Assembly: GCA_043228905.1 (NCBI GenBank)
Contig: JBHGNT010000006.1
Coordinates: 4,650,001 to 4,714,000, forward strand
DNA length: 64,000 bases
Reading direction: 5' to 3'
DNA from: Azolla caroliniana
Taxonomy: Eukaryota > Plantae > Polypodiophyta
Made by a program: the position numbers and the translations under genes. A model generated the notes under the pieces. That model was given only the letters and a program-made list of their open reading frames with translations. It was not told the origin of the DNA and ran no database searches. Positions 1 through 12,053 of the stretch are shown one piece after another (within the stretch, counting starts at the first letter, position 1; each line of letters begins with the position of its first letter).

Positions 1-66
1 CGGTCTTCTCTGGCAAGAGTCTAATTTTGGCACATACTGGTGGATGCGCGGTTAGGTGGGGCCGGA

Positions 67-243
67 TGTCGTGGAGAAAACTGTCCCTAGGTGGAAACCG
101 GGTATAACGTGCGTAAACCGGCCCTTACACTTGGGCACAAGTTTTGTTGTATAGTACATAGGTGGGTATAAATCGGCTGAGGTGAAATCCTAGGTAGCAC
201 GCATTCATTAGGGAGAAAATCGAGGCGTATGCCTGTCCGAAAG
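67..243 (+). mobile_element. Ty3/gypsy 3' LTR, left part (split by copia insertion)
   Basis: Starts TGTCGTGGAG directly after a G-rich PPT (GGTTAGGTGGGGCCGGA, 50-66). Continues at 4044 after the copia element. The rejoined ...TGTCCGAAAG|GACA... matches the uninterrupted LTR at about 8311-8330. Confidence 0.85.
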
Positions 244-865
244 TGTTGGGATTACGGTCCCTCCGGATGGGATGGTCGGATGTCCGGGAATCGGGAATGA
301 AGACCCGAATGAGGAGTACCCGGTATCGGAGCCGGATGATGAAGACCCGGTTCCGGATCCGGATGATGAAGACCCCAGCTACGGAGCCGGATGACGAATG
401 TACCCGGAGAGAGATCCGGATACGGGGACATATTTGTGAATATGTTTGCCAAGGGCCCTTGAGGCTATATTTGTAAATAGCCCGAAAGTCATATGTGTAT
501 AAATATCACTTAGGGCAAACAGTTTTGTTGTTGTTACTCATTTTTTCTGTTCTCCACTTAGAGGGAGCTAAGTGAGAGCAGCAGAGAGAGAGAGAAAGGA
601 AGAGGTCGACGCCTCTGTGTAATACCGCCGCCTGTGGCGAGGACAGCGAGCTCAAGGTCGTCGCCTTGCAGCTCGCCATTGTACATTCCCTGCGTATAGT
701 GATAGTTGGAGTCTTGCACTCCCGTGGTTTTTTTTCGTCTAGGGTTTTCCACGCTAAACCCTGTGCATTCGAGTCCCTCTCTGTGTTTTGTTTTCTGCTG
801 CATTGATTCGTGTTTCCTCGGTTGTGGCCGAGAGGTGAAGGTTTAGAAAGCGTCAATTTCTAACG
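244..865 (+). repeat. copia 5' LTR
   Basis: TGTTGGG...TAACG, a direct repeat of 3417-4038. Contains short tandem GAGCCGGATGATGAAGACCC-like units (about 328-395) and TATAAATA at about 498. Confidence 0.97.
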
Positions 866-868
866 ATC

Positions 869-880
869 TGGTATCAGAGC
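869..880 (+). promoter_or_regulatory. primer-binding site (tRNA-iMet)
   Basis: TGGTATCAGAGC 3 nt downstream of the 5' LTR. Confidence 0.95.
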
Positions 881-887
881 GACTGCA

Positions 888-3020
888 GTGCAGAAAATGG
901 AAGGCGGCAGCAGCGGGCAGCTGGGGATGATGGTGCTGAATGCGCAGAACTACGCCAACTGGAAGATAAAGATGGAGGATCTGCTCATTGTTCGGGACCT
1001 GTATGAACCGATCGACAGGTCGGAAATACCCAAGGGGGTACTTGAGATGGAATGGAGGCTTCTGAACCGGAAAGCCGTTGCAACCATTCGGCAATACGTC
1101 GACGTGAGCGTTCTACAACATGTGGCGAACGACACCAACGCATATGAGATGTGGCAGAAGCTGTCGGGCCTCTACGAGAGGAAGAATGCGTTGAACCGGA
1201 CCTCCCTGATGAGGAAGATAGTGAACCTCAAGTACCGGGACGGCGAGAGTATGGTGGAACACGTAAGCACGTTCATGGGATTCGTGAACCAGCTTGCGGC
1301 GATCAAGTTCCCGTTGGAGGATGCAATGCAAGCCATCATCCTGATGTGTACATTGCCGGCAAGCTGGGAGAACTTGGTGGTGACTCTCAGCACCTCCTGC
1401 ACCGAAGATAACTTGTCCCTACAAACGGTAAAGACAAGCATTTTGAACGAAGAAGCGCGTCGGAGAGATAAAGAACCGGCCTCCGATCCGAAGATGCTGC
1501 TTACCGAATCGGATCGGGGAAGACAACGGAACCGGAGTCCACAAAGACGGGAGAAGTCGGGGACCCAGTCGCAGTCAAGAGGAAGGCCCACATGCTTCCA
1601 CTGTGGGAAGCCGGGGCATTTCCGAAAGAATTGTCGGCATTACCGAAAAATCAACGGAGCCGACGACACCGATTCGAAGAAGTCTTCGGAATGGAACGGT
1701 GCTTACCGGGGAGCCACGGACCGGAATGGTTCGGATCGGCGAGAGCAGGACCGGAAAGGAACGACGGCACTCGCGGGAAGTGAAGAGGAGATCATGCTCA
1801 TCACCGAAGAAGGTGAACTAAACATTGCCGGCGATGAGACTACCTGGGTGGTCGATTCCGGAGCGTTGTTCCACCTGACCCCGGAAAGAAGATACTTCTC
1901 ATCCTACATAGCCGGTGAGCATGGCTGTGTTCGGATGGGAAATGAAGGTACGTGCCGGATTGCCGGCATAGGAGACGTGTGGCTGACAACCTCGACCGGA
2001 GGCAAAATGTTGCTGAAGGATGTCCGACACGTTCCGGAGGTTCGATTGAACCTGATTTCGGCCGGGAGGCTAGACGATGAAGGCTACACAGGTAGCATCC
2101 GGAACGGCGTAATGAAGTTCAGCAAGGGGAGCCTGATAGTGGCTCGGGCCCGGAAAGTCAACACACTGTACCTTATGAATGCCTGGTTGTGTCCGGAGGA
2201 GTTGAACGTGGCAGCCGACACTGCCGGTGAGCTGTGGCACAAGAGACTGTGCCACATGAATGAGAAGGGGATGAAGAGGCTTGCAGAAGACAACCTTATT
2301 CCAGTGAAGCATGTGCACCTGGAGAAGTGCACCGATTGCCTGGCCGGTAAGTAGAACCGAACCTCCTTCCACTCAAGGCCACCGACGAGACGTAGCGCAC
2401 CATTGGAGTTGGTGCACACTGACGTGTGTCAAGTAGAAACGAAGTCACATGGCGGAGCCCAGTACTTCGTGACATTCATTGATGACCACAGCCGGAAGCT
2501 GTGGACGGCACCGTTGAAGACAAAGGACCAAGTGTTGTGCATCTTCAAAGAACTCCACGCAAGAGTGGAAAGGGAATCCGGCAAGAAGCTGAAAGCGATA
2601 CGAGCGGATAACGGAGGGGAATACCGGGGGCAGTTCGAGGAGTATTGTCGCTCGAAGGGAATCCAGCTCGAGTTTACTGTGCCGAAGACGCCGAAACTGA
2701 ACGGGCTGGACGAGAGGATGAACCGGACCATAATGGAGAGGGTCCGGAGTATGCTGGCGCATGCGAAATTACCCAAGGGGTTTTGGGCTGAGGCAATGTC
2801 GACGGCGACATACGTGATAAACAGATCACCCTCAGTACCTTTGGACGGAGACACGCCGCAGAGAGTGTGGACCGGTAGGGAAGTATCCTACCGGCATCTG
2901 AAGGTGTTCGGGTGTCTCGCATACGTGCATGTGGCAAAGGACCGGAGAGGAAAGTTAGATCCAAAGACCCGGCCATGCATATTCCTCGGTTACGGCGACG
3001 ACGAGTTCGGCTACCGGCTG
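888..3020 (+). pseudogene. copia gag-protease-integrase polyprotein with one in-frame stop (TAG 2352-2354)
   Basis: Gag (NYANWKIKMEDLL), zinc knuckle CFHCGKPGHFRKNC, protease WVVDSGA, LWHKRLCH...CTDC, integrase core LVHTDVC/FIDDHSR/DNGGEY/ERMNRT, ending LGYGDDEFGYRL. Confidence 0.93.
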
Positions 3021-3406
3021 TTTCGTGGCAGTCGAGGCTGCAGAAGACGGTTGCGTTGTCAACCACGGAGGCGGAGTACATGGCGGCTGTTGAAGCCGGC
3101 AAGGAAATAATATGGATGAAGGACTTCATTAGAGAGCTCGGTATCCGGCAGGAGGAGTACCGACTCTACTGCGACAGTCAGAGTGCCATCCACCTTGCGA
3201 AGAACGCGGCCTATCACTCCCGGACGAAGCACATCCAGCAAAGATATCACTGGATCCGGGAAAGGATAGAAGACCAGGAGTTCGTGCTGACGAAGATCCA
3301 CACGGACGAGAACGGGTCAGATATGCTGACCAAAGTGCTCACACCCGACAAGCTGGAAGCGTGCCGGAAGAGGGTCCGACTGGAAAGACATCCCATGCCG
3401 AAGTGA
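3016..3406 (+). pseudogene. copia RNase H C-terminal portion fused out of frame after the RT deletion
   Basis: AVSWQSRLQKTVALSTTEAEY...CDSQSAIHLAKN...RTKHI...SDMLTK. Confidence 0.93.
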
Positions 3407-3416
3407 AGGGGGAGTT

Positions 3417-4038
3417 TGTTGGGATTACGGTCCCTCCGGATGGGATGGTCGGATGTCCGGGAATCGGGAATGAAGACCCGAATGAGGAGTACCCGGTATC
3501 GGAGCCGGATGATGAAGACCCGGTTCCGGATCCGGATGATGAAGACCCCGGCTACGGAGCCAGATGACGAATGTACCCGGAGAGAGATCCGGATACGGGG
3601 ACATATTTGTGAATATGTTTGCCAAGGGCCCTTGAGGCTATATTTGTAAATAGCCCGAAAGTCATATGTGTATAAATATCACTTAGGGCAAACAGTTTTG
3701 TTGTTGTTACTCATTTTTTCTGTTCTCCACTTAGAGGGAGCTAAGTGAGAGCAGCAGAGAGAGAGAGAAAGGAAGAGGTCGACGCCTCTGTGTAATACCG
3801 CCGCCTGTGGCGAGGACAGCGAGCTCAAGGTCGTCGCCTTGCAGCTCGCCATTGTACATTCCCTGCGTATAGTGATAGTTGGAGTCTTGCACTCCCGTGG
3901 TTTTTTTTCGTCTAGGGTTTTCCACGCTAAACCCTGTGCATTCGAGTCCCTCTCTGTGTTTTGTTTTCTGCTGCATTGATTCGTGTTTCCTCGGTTGTGG
4001 CCGAGAGGTGAAGGTTTAGAAAGCGTCAATTTCTAACA
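3417..4038 (+). repeat. copia 3' LTR
   Basis: TGTTGGG...TAACA, followed by TSD GAAAG. Confidence 0.97.
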
Positions 4039-4043
4039 GAAAG

Positions 4044-4537
4044 GACATGGAATAAACATGATGTAACGGGTGGTAACGACCTCCCTCCTTGGGCTATAAA
4101 AGAGAGGGAGAGGTATTAAAAATATATTGCGTTTTGGGCGGAGGACGAAGTGCTGCCGGACTGGAACCGAGCTCTTCTCCTCTATCTTCTCTATAGTCGT
4201 TCTGTGCAGGTTTTCGGGAGGCTGACTCTGCCCCGCGGAACACCCGAGTGCTTCCGATAGAGTCTCCATCTCGCGTTCTGTGTGTGTGTGTGTGTGTGCA
4301 GGTGTCGGAGCCTATCACTCGCTGGCTTGCCGGTTGTAACTCATTGATATATATATACATACACATTCATTCTATCTCCGTTGTTCAAGGCTAGTTGCAA
4401 CTTCTGTGAATCTGTGTGTCTGTGCGCGTGTGAAGTACATCGGCATTATCCTTCCCCTCTTCTGATTCGGTTATTTCTCGGTCCAAGGCTCATGTGGTCC
4501 CGCCTCGTTCTGCACGCACGCGCATAACAATGCGACA
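4044..4537 (+). mobile_element. Ty3/gypsy 3' LTR, right part
   Basis: CCTCCCTCCTTGGGCTATAAAAG TATA block, (GT)n, ends GCATAACAATGCGACA. Similar to the LTR at 20725-21418 (-). Flanked by CCGT of host integrase sequence. Confidence 0.85.
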
Positions 4538-7500
4538 CCGTGTCCGCGTTCCACCTTCCCATTCGCCTACGGATTGTACGTCGTGGTGAGCGAGAGTTTA
4601 ACTCCTAGTCGATCAAAGAACTCCTCAGCCTCTTGTGCGTCCAATTCTCCGCGGTCGGCTATGAGCTTTCCTACGCACCCGTATCGGCATACCACTTCTT
4701 CGATCAGAAATTAGCACACGGACACGGTCGTTTTGTTCGGCAATGCTCGACCTTCCTCCTGGTTCGTCAGGTCCTCTCGAGCCAGCACCAGGTATCGCAT
4801 CTGCCCTATCCCCATCGGCATCGTAACCTGATCCACCATCCACTTGAAGTGGATGGTCGGAGGGTAGGTCGGGTGGAGCTCGTCCCGATGTCGGACTATG
4901 GAGTGCATCTGACAGCTTTCGCAAGCTGTCACGAACCGATGCACATCCCGGTATAGTCCCGGCCACCAATACTTCCCCTTTAGCTTCTCGAATGTGGCCC
5001 ACGTCCCGTGGTGCCCAACGCAAGGACTTTTGTGGTACGCCACCAACAATTCCTCTTGTTCCTCTTTCTTCGCCACAACCCGGAGCGGAATGTCTTTTCT
5101 CTTCTTCGGGTGTTTCCAAATGCACCCATCTCGTAGGAAGAATCAGTACGCTTTCTTCCGAATCCGGCTGGTCTCTTCCTTCGTCCATGCCACGTCCGGT
5201 GTCATTGTCTTCAGGAACCCGCCGATCTGGAGCCACTCCCCGCCGTACATGCTCTCGTCGAACTTGTTAAGCGTTGGAGTGCTCCCCTTGTTGTTACGTA
5301 AGCCGACTTCTTCATCCTCCGAAACCATGTCGTCCTCATCATTGAATCTCGCCCTTGAAAGCATGTCGGCGATGGCGTTGTCTTTTCTGGAAATGTGTCG
5401 TATTTTTGGATTCAGGGACTTGATGTACGCTATCCACCTGAGCATTGCTAGGTCCGGTGTCGCGTATCCGGAAACCATACCAAGAATCGGCAGGTAGTCC
5501 GTCTCAATTATCACCTCCGTCCCGATCAGGTAGTCTTTGTCGGCCTTGACCGCCGAAACGATACCCTAGAGTTCGCGTTTAACCTATGGGTACCCTCGTT
5601 GTCATTCACTGAGGACTTTCGCAACAAACCGAATGGGGAATCTCGTGCCGTTCTCATCCTCCTGGTTGATCACTCATCCGATTCCGGTCGGACTCGTGTC
5701 TACGGTCACGTAAATCGGAATGTCTTTACTGTAGACCGCTTTTCGGAGTGCCGGTGCCGCAACAAGTGCTTCTTTCATTTTCCGAACTGACTTCGTATGC
5801 TCCTCTCTCCACTCAAATTTATTCCCTTTCTTCAGCAGTCCATAGAACGGCTCCGCGACGTGGGCATAATGCGGGATCCATATATGGTAGAACGCGCATG
5901 CTCCTAAGAATCTCCTAACTTCCGTGACCGAATTGCAGTCGCTCTTCATCGCGGAGATGGCCTCTACCTTGGCTGGCGACGGTTTCCGACCAAATGGCCC
6001 GCATAGGTGTCCGACGACCATGATCTCTGATTGCCCGAAGGCCGATTTTTCCCCGGAGATGGTGAGCCTTGTGCCTTCTAGTCTTCGCAACACCTTCTCG
6101 CAGTCATCGACGTGGTCCGCCACGAATTTCCGGCATCCGTCCGGTCAGATTGTCTTGTCCTTATCCTCCATCGGGCATCCTTTGATCGGGATGTCTTCTA
6201 AGAACGACATGGTGACGTCCGGGATACAATCCCTTAGGACCTTGTTCATCGCGTTCACCATGTGGGCTACCGAGTTAGTCCCTCCTTGCGGAAGGGTACA
6301 CATCTGTAATAGGCCGAGAGGAGTCTGCATCGTCGTAATGTCCCTGCTCTCCATGGCTAGTTCGAACTGATCGTACCCCGAGTACATATCACCGACTGAG
6401 TGAATCGACCTTCCGGGAAGGCCTCCATGAACTCTTCGATGGTCAGTCCGATTCCTGTGTTCCGAATGGTCACTTTGTTGACCGGCTACAGGTCTTGAAT
6501 AAAGCGCAACGTGCCGTTCTTCTTTGGCACAATAAACCACCGATTAGAATACAGGGCACTCGACGGTTCGAGGATGCCCATATCCACCTTCTGTTTCAGC
6601 AGCTCCATCAGCTTTGGGATGTGAGCTCTGGGTACTGGAATCGGTTTGAGATTCCGCGGTACATGCGGTACCGTGAAGATCACCATCGGTTCCACAATCG
6701 TCGGGTCTACGCACCCGATCTTCTCCGGCGAGAATGCGAAGGCCTTTTCGTGCCTCCCGAGCATTCTCCGAAACCGGTTCTCCTCCGTCGGCAATAGAAA
6801 GCCACCCCCCCCTCCCTTAGCGTTATGTCGGTGAATCAGTGACCTATGCCAGCCGGATCTCGTAAACTTGGGTCTGACGCGACCCCTTTAATCCGTAACT
6901 CGTTGCCCTCCGGCAAGGGTGCCACGATTGGCCTCACCTTCCGGTCCGATCCGACTTGAGTCCTCTACTGAAGTCGGCGATGACTTCGTACATCTTTTCT
7001 GTACATACCGGAATCGTTTGGTCTCCACTAAGGCCCTCTCCGAACACCTCCCGTAGCTTCCCCAAGGTGTTGTCGAAAGAGACTGCCTCCACGGCTCCGT
7101 TGATTTCCTCTCCGGGGCTGAGGACTCCGCATGCCCTGAGTCGCTCCTCTGTCCGCTTCTTCTCCCGGCCAACGACCCTAAACTTCCTAACTATGTTACA
7201 AGTTCTTCTGCCTACTATACACGTGTGGGGTTTTTCCGGAGTGTCCGGACTATCGCGGCCCCACGCCTTGATAGCCCTCTCTAAAAATCCCCTCGGCTTT
7301 CGCCGCCGAGGGTCTCTCGGTTTCGTTCATGGTTCGGTTGTACCATCAGAAACTGGACGGAGTGACGCTCGTCTTGTGTCTTTACTCGCGCGTACGCCGA
7401 CACATTGTCCAACACCTTCGTCTCCATTCGTGCCGCTGTGATGTACGGTTCCCCGAGTATCATTGGATGCGAGGATGTCTCATGCACAAAGAAGTGCTGA

Positions 7501-8156
7501 TCGATCTCGACATCACCGATTTTCACTCGTACATTTGGGTAGGGTCCGTGTAGCTCCTCCATGGCGCGCATCGCCGCTCGTATTTTCCACCCATGCTTGC
7601 TGTTGATCACCCACTTGCCCATCTTGTAAAAGTCGATGGACATCAAGTTGATTTCCGAACCGTGGTCTAGCCTAATGTAGCCTTGAATAGTGGCTTTCCG
7701 CCAACTCGTCTCCCAGGGCCATGTCTTCTAGGTGCGTCATTCGCACCTCCACCGGCTCCGGCTCTGTTGAAAGCCTCTTCCGCTTCACCAAGTCTACGAT
7801 GGAGTCGTGGAACTCCTTTTTGGCGATATTGAGCACCTCCCTCAGCGACAACTCCATTTTGCTGTCGAGGATTCGTTCCTCCAAGACCTTTCGTAGGTCC
7901 ATGGTCCTCTCGATCTTGGTGCTCAACCGGTAACCGGCCTTCTTGGCCTTGTCCGATGCGCCGGACGCACCAACGTCATTTTGCCTCTGCCTGAACCGGG
8001 TCTCATACCGTTGCGAGGGTCCAGCCCCTCCGGTCTTTCCCGCATGCTTCTCTTCTACCAGAACCTCGTAGTTCTGCCACACGGCTTTTATAAAACCCGT
8101 CTTTTCTTCGACCGGGTCACTCCACCTGGTTACTTGTTGGACCCGTCTTTCCGCGC
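4538..8156 (-). pseudogene. Ty3/gypsy element A internal region: gag C-terminus, protease, RT, RNase H, integrase N-half (degenerate)
   Basis: LDHGSEIN protease (7656-7667). RT motifs NRWFIVPKKNGTLRFIQDL, GYDQF, TLPQGGTNS. RNase H VDTSPTGIG. Integrase HHCC (HKSPCVGHHG...CESC). Many frameshifts and stops. Both ends cut by later LTR insertions. Confidence 0.92.
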
Positions 8157-8527
8157 TGTCGTGAAGAAAACCGTCCCCAGGCGCAAACTGTGTATAGCGT
8201 GCGTGAACCGGCCCTTGCACGTGGGCACGCCCCTTGTTGTATAGTAGATAGGTAGGCACAAAAGTCAAATCCTAGGTAGCAATATTCTATAGGGGGAATC
8301 AAGGAGTATCTCTGTCCGAAAGGACAGAGAATTAATGTGATGTGAACGGGTGAAACGGCCTCCCTCCTTGAGCTATAAAAGAGAGGGAGACGGGGAGAGA
8401 AGGGATCGCGCGCTAGAGGGGACAAAGTGCTGCTGGACTAGGACTGAGCTCTTCTTCTGTGTCGTTCTCTATAGCTTTCTTTTGCGCAGGTTCTCGAGAG
8501 GATGATTCTGCTCCATGGAACACCCGT
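8157..8527 (+). mobile_element. Ty3/gypsy LTR, truncated by insertion of the next LTR
   Basis: Starts TGTCGTGAAGAAAACCGTCC. Homologous to 67-243/4044-4250. Confidence 0.85.
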
Positions 8528-9192
8528 TGTCGTGAAGATTTTCGTTCACAAGCGGAAACCCGAGCAACGAGAGCCAAAGAGTGATGTGCAACGTTGCACA
8601 CGTACATAATGTATTTGTAATAGTAATAAAGGTATAAAGGTGATGTGGTTGTACGCACATCCACGCGAGAGAGAGAGAGAGGTACTATGCGGTACATAGG
8701 TACCTCGTTGTTTGTGAGGAGGTGGGAGTTAAGGGGCCATCAATCTCACCCTCCCCCAAATCAAGGCAAATATCCCCTTTGAATGAAAGGGGATATTTTA
8801 GTCTCACTTTTGTAAACGGTCTTCCCTCCTTGTGCTATAAAAGGAGAGAGAAGGCACCATTGTGGGGGTTGCCTATTTTGAGTGTGCGAGGTATACCACA
8901 TAGGTCGAGCGTTAGGGTTCGGTTAGGGTTTTCTTCTTGGGTTTTCCTTTAGGGTTTTCTTATAGTCGTTTGGTGCAGCCATGGCGGCCACCATTGTAAA
9001 GTATTTATGTTTTCTTAATCGAACTTCTTGTTGAGTATCTTGACTCCATCTTCTTCATCTTCTTCTATCATAATGTCATATTCGTTCTCTTCTCCTCTTG
9101 AGCTATGAGCTAATCTTCCATTCGTTGTCTTAACCTTTCTCCTCTTCTCCCTAGTCCAAGATCCCCGTGGTCCCGCCCTTCCACATGCACGC
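8528..9192 (+). mobile_element. Ty3/gypsy LTR (second subfamily), interrupted close to its 3' end
   Basis: Starts TGTCGTGAAGATTTTCG. 8810-9192 aligns with the LTR at 31160-31540 (TATA block, TTAGGGTT repeats, GGCGGCCACCATTGTAAA). Confidence 0.8.
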
Positions 9193-9955
9193 TATTGTGA
9201 AGAATTTCGGCCAGAGGCGGAAACCGGGAACATTGGCTACATCGGTGGGGTGCAACGTGTGTACGCACCCATGTACATTTAGTGTGAATATCGAGGGCGC
9301 CTTTATGGCGCCGAAGAGTAGTCAAGTCGGGACAGACGATCCCATGTAAGTCGGGATTTGTCCTACATTGTAACGCATCCCTTTCCTTGTTCTATAAAAG
9401 GATGGGAATGCCCTTTGTGAAAGGGTTGCCCATTTTGCATTAGAGGGTATATCGTTAGGTTTAGAGTTAGTTCCTTCTTCTTCTTCTTCTCCTTCGTGTT
9501 CGCTGAGGGTTTGCTTCAGCTCATCTCCTTCGCAAGACCCCGCTCGGCGCGACGAGCCCATGAGCTCCCCGACGGTGGCTTGGCAACTGACGACTACTGT
9601 AACCTACCTTGGTCTAGCTCGAAGCCGGGAATGTATTCTTCTATTTATATATATACATTTGTGTCTGTCTGTATATTCGCGTCTCTGTCGGTGTCGGGTG
9701 CTTCCCCTTTTCTGCGTTTCCTGTACATAAGGGCGTGAGTCGTGTCTGCATGTTTGTGTATGTGTGTGTGTGTGCGTGAGTCGGTGTTAAGCGCGTGCTC
9801 CCTCTCTTTCTCTCTCTCCCTTCGGTCGCTTTCGGTGTTCTTCTGGGGTCCCCCGGAAACGGTGAAGCACGACTTCCTACGCTCCGTCACTCCCTGGTCC
9901 AAGACCCCCGTGGTCCCACCTTTCTCTACGCACGCGCGTAACAACGCGACATATT

Positions 9956-9972
9956 TGGTGAACCCGACGTGA
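9956..9972 (+). promoter_or_regulatory. primer-binding site complementary to tRNA-Trp 3' end
   Basis: TGGTGAACCCGACGTGA, the reverse complement of UCACGUCGGGUUCACCA (plant cytosolic tRNA-Trp 3' end, from memory). Lies 4 nt after the LTR end. Confidence 0.85.
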
Positions 9973-9988
9973 AAGGCGGCAAGGGAGG

Positions 9989-10790
9989 ATGGAGTCGGAA
10001 GACGACGACCTCGTGGAGAAGGTGGCCGAAGTGGTATTGGAGTCGGCACGAGTGGTGATAAGGCGAGAAGCAGTGCAACAAGCGGTTGAGCGAGTGGTCG
10101 AAAGAGTCGGATGTTTCAACGGGGACAAAGTCCCATCTTACATGGAAGACTACAATGCGGAAATGGAGGAGTGTGGCATAGAGGAGGAGTTGAGGCTGGA
10201 GTTCTTCTGTCGGGTCATAGCTTTCCGGATGCATGCGGAAATAAAGGAGCTCCGTGAGGCTCATAGTTCGTGGGAGGCCTTCGAAGAGGCGCTCCTGAAG
10301 GCATACGGAGGACGGCGGAAGAGCCGGGGACGGCACGACTTCGACTAGTGGGTAGCAACGGCAAAGACCCACCGGGGCGCTGCCAAGGCGTTTCGAGAGT
10401 TCGAGCGGCAGCTTGCTCGGCTCCCAGAGCGGGAACAAGGTTTGGTGGGGGCGGACAAGGTCCTATTGTTCGTTAGGTCGATCGACCGAGCGGAATGGAA
10501 GGCCATCGGGATTGAGCTCGAAGACGATGATGGAGCGAATGGGCTTATGGAGGACTGGTCAAAGGTCGGAAGGGTGTGCCAACGGCTAGACAACGAGCGA
10601 GCCGAGAAGGCTAAGAGGAAGGTACGCGACGGCGTGCCATCACAGCGGGAAGAGGCCGAACGGCAAAGAGAGTTGGCAAGGGTCGGCGTTGGGGCCAGGA
10701 TTGCGGAGGCATACGCAGCTCTGGAGGCGATGCTCGAGGAAGAGGAAAGACGGGGGCCGCAAGCGGAGACTGAGAAGACGGACTTCCCCA
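9989..10790 (+). pseudogene. gypsy gag N-terminal domain (element B)
   Basis: VERVGCFNGDKVPSYMEDYNAEM...KVLLFVRSIDRAEWKAIGIELEDDDGANGL aligns with gag of elements D and E (FDGRNVTKFLDAY; KTLYFLKAVD...LLEDDTQANGL). Confidence 0.8.
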
Positions 10791-11837
10791 CGCGACGGCG
10801 GAAGATCGGTACGTCGTTACCACGGGAGAGGGTGCGGAACGAAACACCCTCTCAACTTGCGGAGAAAGAACGGCCAAGGACGAGGCCGAGATACAGATCG
10901 CGGAACCGGAACGTTGGGACCAAGGGTTTCGGGCGTGTCAGCCCGAGATCCCGGTCATTGGAGAAGCAAGCCCAGACGGGGCTTGCGCGATCGGTAAGAA
11001 GACGACCGCCGACCACGAAGAGTCGGTGACTGCGGACAAGGGCGTAAAACGGACGGGCGATTCTTTGTGTCTTCCCACACTTGCTCCCGGGACAATGGCA
11101 GTCGGGCCCGAGTGCCCACATAAGTCCCAAGCGGAGGAAGGCGGCGGCGAAAGGCGTGGAATCACTGGCGAGACGATACGGGGAAGGAGCGGACGAAAGT
11201 CAACGGACCCAATTCCGGAGAACTCGGCATTCGGGCCCGTATGCCCATGTAAGACCGAGGAGATGGATGGCGGTACCGAGGAGTCCTGGCACGATGCCAA
11301 CGAAGATGGATGGGAAACGGCCTGTGAGGAGGCCGAGGATAGAAGCGGCATGAGGAAATCGGCATTCCAATACAGGTGGAGCGTGATCCGGTCGTGGATT
11401 GTTCGATCGGGGCCGGATTCGGCATGAAAGTGCCGAAACGGAAGAGGGTGCGGGACGAGCCGCCCTCTTTTACATGGGGAGAAAGACCGACCGGGCGAAG
11501 GTCAAGATTTGGGGGGGGAATGAAAGCCGGTCCTATGGGATTCCTTACATCGATTCGGCCGCCGGCCTGAGTACCGACGTGAGTCCTATAAGAGAGATCG
11601 GTGGCGACAGGAGAACGGGACTCGGCAATCCGGAGAAAGACGAACGAACCCGAGCGAGAACCGGGCGGAGCGGACTTCCGGATGACCATTCCGAGAGGGA
11701 GGAAGAGAGTTGGCCTACGAAGAGGCCGAGGACACGGTACGTCGGTACCACGGGAGAGGGTGTGGGACAAAACGCCCTCTCGGCATGCGGAAAAGGACAC
11801 CTGGGACAGGGTCAAGAAGGCGACGAACGCCCACAAA

Positions 11838-12053
11838 GGATCCTTCACACCGGTTCTAGAGACTTCGGCGGTCGGCAATGCGGTCGACGTAAGACCAAGA
11901 TACTGATAGTGGCGGCGAGGTGACGAAGGCAAAAGGGCTACGGATGGGCGGTCTACGGAGGATCCTTCACACCGGTTCTAGAGACTTCGGCAGTCGGCAA
12001 CGCGGTCGATGTAAGACCAAGATACTGACGGTGGCGGCGAGGTGACGAAGGCA
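11838..12053 (+). repeat. 122-bp tandem repeat (two near-identical units; diverged units across about 11070-13060)
   Basis: GGATCCTTCACACCGGTTCTAGAGACTTCGGC...GTAAGACCAAGATACTGA...GGTGACGAAGGCAA at 11838 and 11960. Diverged unit heads at about 11538, 12080, 12266, 12650 and 13023. Confidence 0.9.

Larger units (their letters stand above)
244..4038 (+). mobile_element. Ty1/copia LTR retrotransposon, internally deleted (no RT), recent insertion
   Basis: 622-bp LTRs at 244-865 and 3417-4038 with about 3 visible differences. 5-bp TSD GAAAG (239-243 and 4039-4043). iMet PBS TGGTATCAGAGC at 869-880. PPT at about 3401-3414. Domain order gag-PR-INT-(RT missing)-RNase H. Confidence 0.97.
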
